NCBI GenBank assembly: GCA_951406725.2
Contig: OX597831.1
Span: 13,888,001 to 13,952,000 of the forward strand
Length of the DNA stretch: 64,000 bases
Source: Octopus vulgaris
Taxonomy: Eukaryota
Reading direction: 5' to 3'
Shown here: in pieces, positions 57,335 to 64,000 of the stretch
Layout of the letters: every line of letters begins with the position of its first letter
Position numbering within the stretch: position 1 is the stretch's first letter
Made by a program: the position numbers and the translations under genes
The notes under the pieces: generated by a model
What the model saw: only the letters and a program-made list of their open reading frames with translations
Database searches by the model: none
Told to the model about the DNA's origin: nothing

Positions 57335-60300
57335 TTTCTTCTTCTTCTTTCAAATTTCGACTCCTAGGGCAAAGAAACTCATAGTATACATTGGTAGGCC
57401 ATTAAAGTAAACTCAATAGTTCGTTCATTTTTTTTTAAGTAAAATTAAAATACATGGGTAGTAATAGTTCTCACATCGACAATGCACTTCTCAATACGTG
57501 TGATGTACCAGTTAAGACAATCTTTTGCACTTCTTGCAGGGATGGTAAGCCAGGGATCATTCTCATATAATTTTCGGTTCCCTTCTTGATCATTCCTAGT
57601 GCTCCTACGATCACTGATATTGTAATCGCCTTGAGATGCCACATTTTCTCAATTTCAATGAGCAGGTCTTTATATTTTCTGAGCTTGTCAAACTCTTTCG
57701 CCGAGATATTATGATCACAGGGGATGCTCTTGTCGATCAATAAGCAAACTTTATTGTTTTGGTCTTTCACAACAATATCCGGTTTATTGGCTTTGATGGT
57801 TCGGTCTGTATGTACTGGAAAGTCCCACAGAATAGTTACATTTTCTCCTTCAGTTAAAGCTTCAGGGTGGTGATTATACCACTTGTCAGCGGTTTTGATT
57901 TTGTAATGCCGACTTATTAGCCAGTGTAAATATTGGCCAACTCTGTCATGTCTTAATTTATACTCCACTGGTGCTAAGACTTTACATCCAGAGATTAGGT
58001 GGTCCACTGTTTCAACCATGTCGTTGCAGAATCGGCATTTGCGTCTGCTCCATTTTTCATTACAATGGCCTGGTAGTTCAGGGTTAATAGGCTTTGATCT
58101 TGAGCAGCCAGGATGAAAACTTCGCTCTCTGCTTTTAGCCCTGAGCTCCGCAGCCACTGATGGGTTTGCTTCTGGTCAACATCAGCTTGTTTGCTGCGGG
58201 CCACATATTTGCCGTGCAGAGGTTTCTCCTCCCACCTATCAGCCAATTGCTCGTGCGCTTTTTCCGTTGCCATTATTTTCACCTTCTTTGCAACAATAGT
58301 TTGGTACTTCCCTCGGGTTGTTCAGTTTGGGAATCCTGCACGAGATCAATAGCAAATTTTTTGCTTTCCTTTATGATAGAATGAAGCTTCTTTCGTCTCT
58401 CGTGATTTTCCACGAGCTTTAGCATCCAGTCATTCGTTATTTCGAGATATTTGGCCAGTCCAGTTGTGGTTGTTTTGTAAGCTAGTTCAAATTGGATCAG
58501 GCCTCAACCTCCTTGGGCTCTGGGAAGGTAAAGGCGATCTACGTCTGCCTTTGGGTGGTGCATCCTATTAGAACTCAGCAGCTTTCGTATTTTCCAATCT
58601 ATATTCTTTACTTCACTCATATTCCAGTTCAACACATTGTAGTTATAAGTAACAACTGGAACTGCTAAGGAATTTATAGCTAACACCTTGTTACGTGCAT
58701 TTAGTTCAGATTTCAGGACTGCACGATGTCATCGCTGAATGCTTTCACAGTGCGCAATAAGCCTTCAAGTTCATTATTGTCTTTACCATAGAGTTTTAAG
58801 TCATCCATATAAAATAGATGGCTTATTTTTTTATTGACAATTTTATACCCATACCCTGTTCTGTTTAATTCACTTGTAAGGGGTATTAGGGCTATGCAGA
58901 ATATTAGAGGTGAAAGTGAGTCACCTTGAAAAATTCCACAGTTGATGTTTATATATTCTGAGGCAAGTATTCCATTAGAGTGGTATAATTGGAGATTCGT
59001 ATTCCACAACGACATATTGTGCTTCAGGAAGCTTGAAATCACAGGGGAAATTTTGAAGATGTCCAGCGATCTCAAGATCCATGGATGCGGTATACTCTCG
59101 AAGGCCTTTTTATAGTCAATCTATGCGGAGCTGAGATTTCTGCGCTTGTTGTGACAGTTCTCAAGGATCATACGATTAATTAGCAGTTGATCTTTGCATC
59201 CGTATGAGCCTCGGCGGCACCTTTTTTGTTCAATGGGGAAAATATCGTTCTTCTCCATGAATGCATATGTCTTCTCCGACAGGATAGATGTTAGGATTTT
59301 ATACGTGGCGGATAGACAGGTTATAGGTCGATAGTTTTTTGGAAGGTTGGTTTCGTTATTCTTTGGGAGTAGTTAAGTAATACCACTTGCTAACCATTCA
59401 GGTGTTTTCTTTGGGTCTCTCATAATTCCATTGAGCAGCTGAACTAGCTTACAGTGTGCGCATGGGAGCGATGCGAGCCAGAAATTCAGCACCCTATCTT
59501 TACCGGGGGATTTCCAATTATGGGCCTTCGTGAGTGCCTTTCTTAGGTCTGCTATTGTGATGTCTTCCCATGCTTGTTGTTGCAAATTTTGGTAGGATCC
59601 TTCTGTTTGTATAATCCAGTCTGCATTTATGTTGTACGTCTTCTTGTCACTCCAAATCCTTTTCCAAAAGTTTTGAACTTCTTCCATGGGAGGGGGGTCT
59701 TTAACGGTTACTTTCTCCTTCCCTATTTCTCTGTAGAAGTTTTTGGCATTGGATGTGAACAGCTTATTTTGCTTGTAAAACTTGTTTCTCTTCTCAAATC
59801 TTCGTATTCTTTGAGCTTTTGCTTGGACATTTTGTTTCAGCGTTTCTTTTATTGATATCAGTTCTTCTGTTGGTGAGGATCCAAATTTTCTCTTCATCTT
59901 TCTTCCTGTTCTGGATCTTACATCATTTCCACATATTAGTTCATTTAATATTGATATTTCCCCTCTCATAAATTCAATCTCTTTTTCAATTTTACTTCTC
60001 CAGGTTTGATTTCGTCCCAGGTTTGGTTTTCTTTGTTTTTTCGGGGGCATACAGCTGGTTTCAATTGCCCTAGCTGAAGCGTAAATAATTTCATTTAACT
60101 CAGTAAAATCAGGTTTTAATTCTCGTATTATTTCATTTGTTACATAGTTGCCAATTTTGATTTGTTTTTTATTTTGGTTTGTATTTGAGAGTTTATGAAG
60201 TGGTTCTCTATCATTCATACTTGTATGTCTTACAACTTCAAGCGTATTCAGGATTTTCTGCCTCATTTCAGCCATAGACTCTCTGTGTTCTTTAGCAAAT

Positions 60301-61010
60301 GCGAGATCTTCAGTTACTGTTGTTTTATCATTTTCCTGGCTATCTTTAACAGGTTCAATAGAATTTCTTGTATCTTCAAGCTTTTGCGTACTTTGGTCAG
60401 ATGGCAGTCTGTCAATTAAGTCTTGTGGCGGGCTATACTGTTCATCTGATTCTTCATTTCCTTTGTGTCTTATATTTATGTCATATTCCGTTGCGTGCTT
60501 GATCGCGCTTATTTCACTCTCTGTGAGTCTGTTATTTCTAAGGATATCCCTCCTCACATTTGCCAATTTGTTCTCGTCCAAATAGGGCCTACTCTCTTGA
60601 TTACGTGTTCTCCATATACTGTAAGAGTTTGCGGTGTGTCTCTCTTGAGATGGCCTACCTAATGCATAGTAATAAGCGTATATTACTTCTTTATTCTCTG
60701 TCGGGTCCATTTGTTCCGCTTACATTTTTCTTTCTGTGATGGTTGTGGTGGTGAACTTGGAGGGGTCGCGTTGGGGAATTTCCCGTTCAAGTGACCATTT
60801 ATGTCCGTATTCGGAGAAGAGTTTGTGCCAGTTGATGACTTTTCGATCCCAGGCTGGCTCTTCCCTGGGGGACGCGCTTCCAGATTAACCATAGGACAAG
60901 CGATTTGGTATACTGATTTAGTTTTCCTTTTAGTTTCCAAAAACATTTTGGTGCTACGATAATGTTATCATTTTTGAGCTTTGGTTGGCTCGTGGGGAGA
61001 CGGCCATCAT
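57335..61010 (-). mobile_element. Near full-length, frameshifted R4/Dong-clade non-LTR retrotransposon (RT plus C-terminal CCHC and restriction-like endonuclease)
   Basis: ORF pieces 60683-60946, 59373-60710 (WKSPGKD), 58713-59075 (GIFQGDSLSP, YMDDLK), 57471-58157 (CRFC..ETVDHLISGC, RHD, NKPDIV..D); flanked by (TTA)n-rich tracts. Confidence 0.92.
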
Positions 61011-61359
61011 TGCCGTTACAATTATAATCGTACCATTATAGCAGCCGCAGCCGGCTTATTATTGTTAATATCATCACCATTATTATCACTATTATTATTA
61101 TCACCACTATTACTATCATTATTATCATCATCACCACCATCATCATCATCATCGTCAATGATATTGTTTTATGTGTAGTCACAGCAGTATCTTATTATTG
61201 TTATTTTTGTTTTTATCATTATCACCATCACAGTAGTGTCCGTCTGTCTCGTTGGCTGGCTGGGTGGTTGGCTATTATTATTATTATTATTATTATTATT
61301 ATCATTGTTATTATTATTATTATTAGCATTAGTATTATTATTACTGCCATAGCAAAAGG

Positions 61360-62408
61360 TGTGGTTTTTAGTGCGCTGTAAGTTTCTGTTTTATTCATTT
61401 GTTTTAAAAAGTTCTATACTGTACTCTATTGGTCAAATCGTTTTGCGAGTCACCTGTATTCCTGGGGGCTGCAGTTTGTTAACCAAAGCCCCATTTTGGG
61501 GTTGATACCAGTGAAGATATATACTTGAAACGTTCGCTAGTTGCACGAGGGAGATCTCTCCGTGATTGGATGGTCAGCCCTTCGAGCTTTATATACATAT
61601 GCCTGACTTGCTTGGGGAGCTTTTGGTAGACGTCTACCGCAACAGGAAGCAGAACGGAAGAATACCCTGATCTGCGAGCTGAGGTGTTGTGAAGTTACTG
61701 AGAAAGAATCCGAACAGGGGGGGGGGACACTGTTGACAACTTTAGGCCGATAACTCTGCTAAATACAGATTACAAAATTTTGGCCAAGGTGTTAGCAAAG
61801 AGGTTGACGTTTGTCGGCCCATTGCTGACTTATGGAAATTTGTCGAACAGTTATTGTCACGTGTAGGATGGATCTGGCTATCACCCCAGTCCATTGCGAA
61901 GATCACCCCGCCTCCCTCCTTTGGCCGGGATGGGGGAGAAATTTTTCTCTGTCTGGTGGCTATGGCAAAAGAAGTTGAGTGGTGAACTCGATAGAAATGG
62001 TGAAAAACTTCCTCTTTGGCCAAGGCCTCATTGACTTTTTCAGATTGCACTTCAAAAGGAAAGTGAGGCTGGATAAGGAGGTACTGTCGCCCATTAAGTT
62101 CACTGAAAGGTGAATGAATGTGACAAGAATGGCCCGTTTGAATGGGCCTTCTCTACGTGTGCGCCTGTAGGCCGGGTGGAAGGGAGAAGAGAAGGTGCCT
62201 TCCTGAGGAGACGTTGGTGTTAAGGGGTCTAAAGTGCATGAGGTCTCTTGGTCACCTTACGGTGGAACTTACCCCTATTGAGTTGGTTTAATCTCTTTCT
62301 TAATCGTTGCCTCTTTGGTTGGCTGTTTACACGTTTAGACTCACTGTCCCTCATCCGTGCATCGTCTTCTGCGTGTTGCGTTGGGCGGCCCTGGTGGACA
62401 ATAAAGAT
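61360..62408 (+). mobile_element. Heavily deleted Tx1/L1-clade element
   Basis: FRPITLLNTDYKILAKVLAKRL at ~61741-61806; shares tatcacgtgtagga-like segment with 40645-40675; ends near aataaag. Confidence 0.7.
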
Positions 62409-62431
62409 AGAATTATGGCTTTTATTGTCAT

Positions 62432-62466
<35 letters not shown>

Positions 62467-62518
62467 ACAACTACTGCTGCTGCTACTACTACTACTACTA
62501 CTACTACTGCTGCTGCTG

Positions 62519-62626
<108 letters not shown>

Positions 62627-63370
62627 TTTTGTTTCTATCATTACGATCTTCTATTTTCTACATTTTTAGTAATAAATATATTTCTTTCTTTTAATTTACT
62701 AATATCTACTAGTTATGTTTTTTAATTACATTAGTTAAATTCCCCTTCATTGGTTACACAAATTTTCATGCTAATTTATATCAATCTTATTGTTATTGCC
62801 TTCCATAATCTTTTTAAGTTTTGCCTGCGTTCCTATAAAGCTACATCGAAAATCTACTATTTAACAAACACCTTCATTCACGTGAGGATGGAGCTTAAAT
62901 TCTACATTATATTGAAGGAATTTTCGCTTTTTGCATTCCTGCAGGCATTAAAGTAATGCATTTATTATTAAATACAATAATGTAAATCATTTTTATGCTT
63001 TTAAGTTACGAAACAATTCGTCATTTTAGCAGAGATTTTTTTATTGTTTAAATGTATATGAATATGTATATGAATATGTATATATATATATATATATATA
63101 TAAATATAGTGTAGAATTCTTTTACTTTCCGTCTACCAAATCCACTGCCTATACTATAGCACGAAGCTATAGTAGAAGCCACTCGCCTAAGATACCATGC
63201 AGTGGGACTGAACCCGGCATTATGTGGTTCGGAAGCAAGCTCCTTACCACACAGCCACTACTGCGCCTATACATACACATATACATATATACAAAATACA
63301 TACATACATACATACATACATACATACATACATACACACGTACGTATGTATGTATGTATTGTCATTACTC

Positions 63371-63409
<39 letters not shown>

Positions 63410-64000
63410 TTACTACTACTACTTATACTACTACCACCACTGCTACTACTACAACTACTACTGCTGCTGCTACTACTATTACTACTACTACTATTACTAC
63501 TACTACTGCTGCAGCTGCTACTACTACTACTACTACTACTATTACTACTATTTTGTTTCTATCATTACGATCTTCTATGTATGTATGTATGTATGTATGT
63601 ATGTATGTATGTATGTATGTATGTATGTATGTATCACTCGGTTACACCAGGAGTGTAGAAACTACATTACATTTAATAACAAATATCTATGATATATTTT
63701 GTGGAAATCAGATATTACAGATATCTCAGTAATAGTATCCTGTTGGTATATATTAAAGATATTATTACGTTTCTTAACCCAGTCTAACTGTCAACTATCA
63801 TTTAGTCTAGGGTACGTCTAGACCGTACTAATAATATTCAACTGAAAACGTTGTGAAAATGAAGTACCAATAAAAAATACGAATGCATTTTCATAAATAT
63901 TCTATATATACATCAATATATACTTTTGATTTAATATTCAATTCCTCCATCAGGCAAATAAGTATTTTATATCTAATAATGTGCTGCTTACTGTGGTAGA

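Overview
AT-rich animal genomic DNA packed with microsatellites ((TA)n, (TATC)n, (TTA)n, (CA)n), tRNA-derived SINEs and decayed transposons. The repeat landscape suggests an octopus or other coleoid cephalopod (inference). Nearly all ORF-track entries are microsatellite artefacts or transposon remnants. Reading splice signals by hand shows a cluster of paralogous, intron-rich genes that the ORF track misses. They encode small (~80-110 aa) signal-peptide proteins with a conserved six-cysteine frame (C-x5-CPE-x12/14-C-x8-C-x7/8-C-x12/13-C) and identical exon phases. P1 (minus, 14371->4243) and P2 (plus, 16620->37223) are head-to-head and end in a GPI-like hydrophobic tail. P3 (minus, from 51711) appears to lack the tail exon. 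P4, a recent duplicate of P3, has only its 3' end in the window. P1-P3 share an upstream AACAGCTGT E-box, and all four have a homologous non-coding last exon. Mobile DNA includes eight R4/Dong-type RLE retrotransposon pieces (several inside TAA tracts, one near full length), two mariner copies, a Tc1 deletion derivative, a non-autonomous Helitron, Tx1/L1 fragments, an ORF1-only element and Penelope-like remnants with hammerhead motifs. All gene models are manual ab initio reconstructions with no expression or database support.
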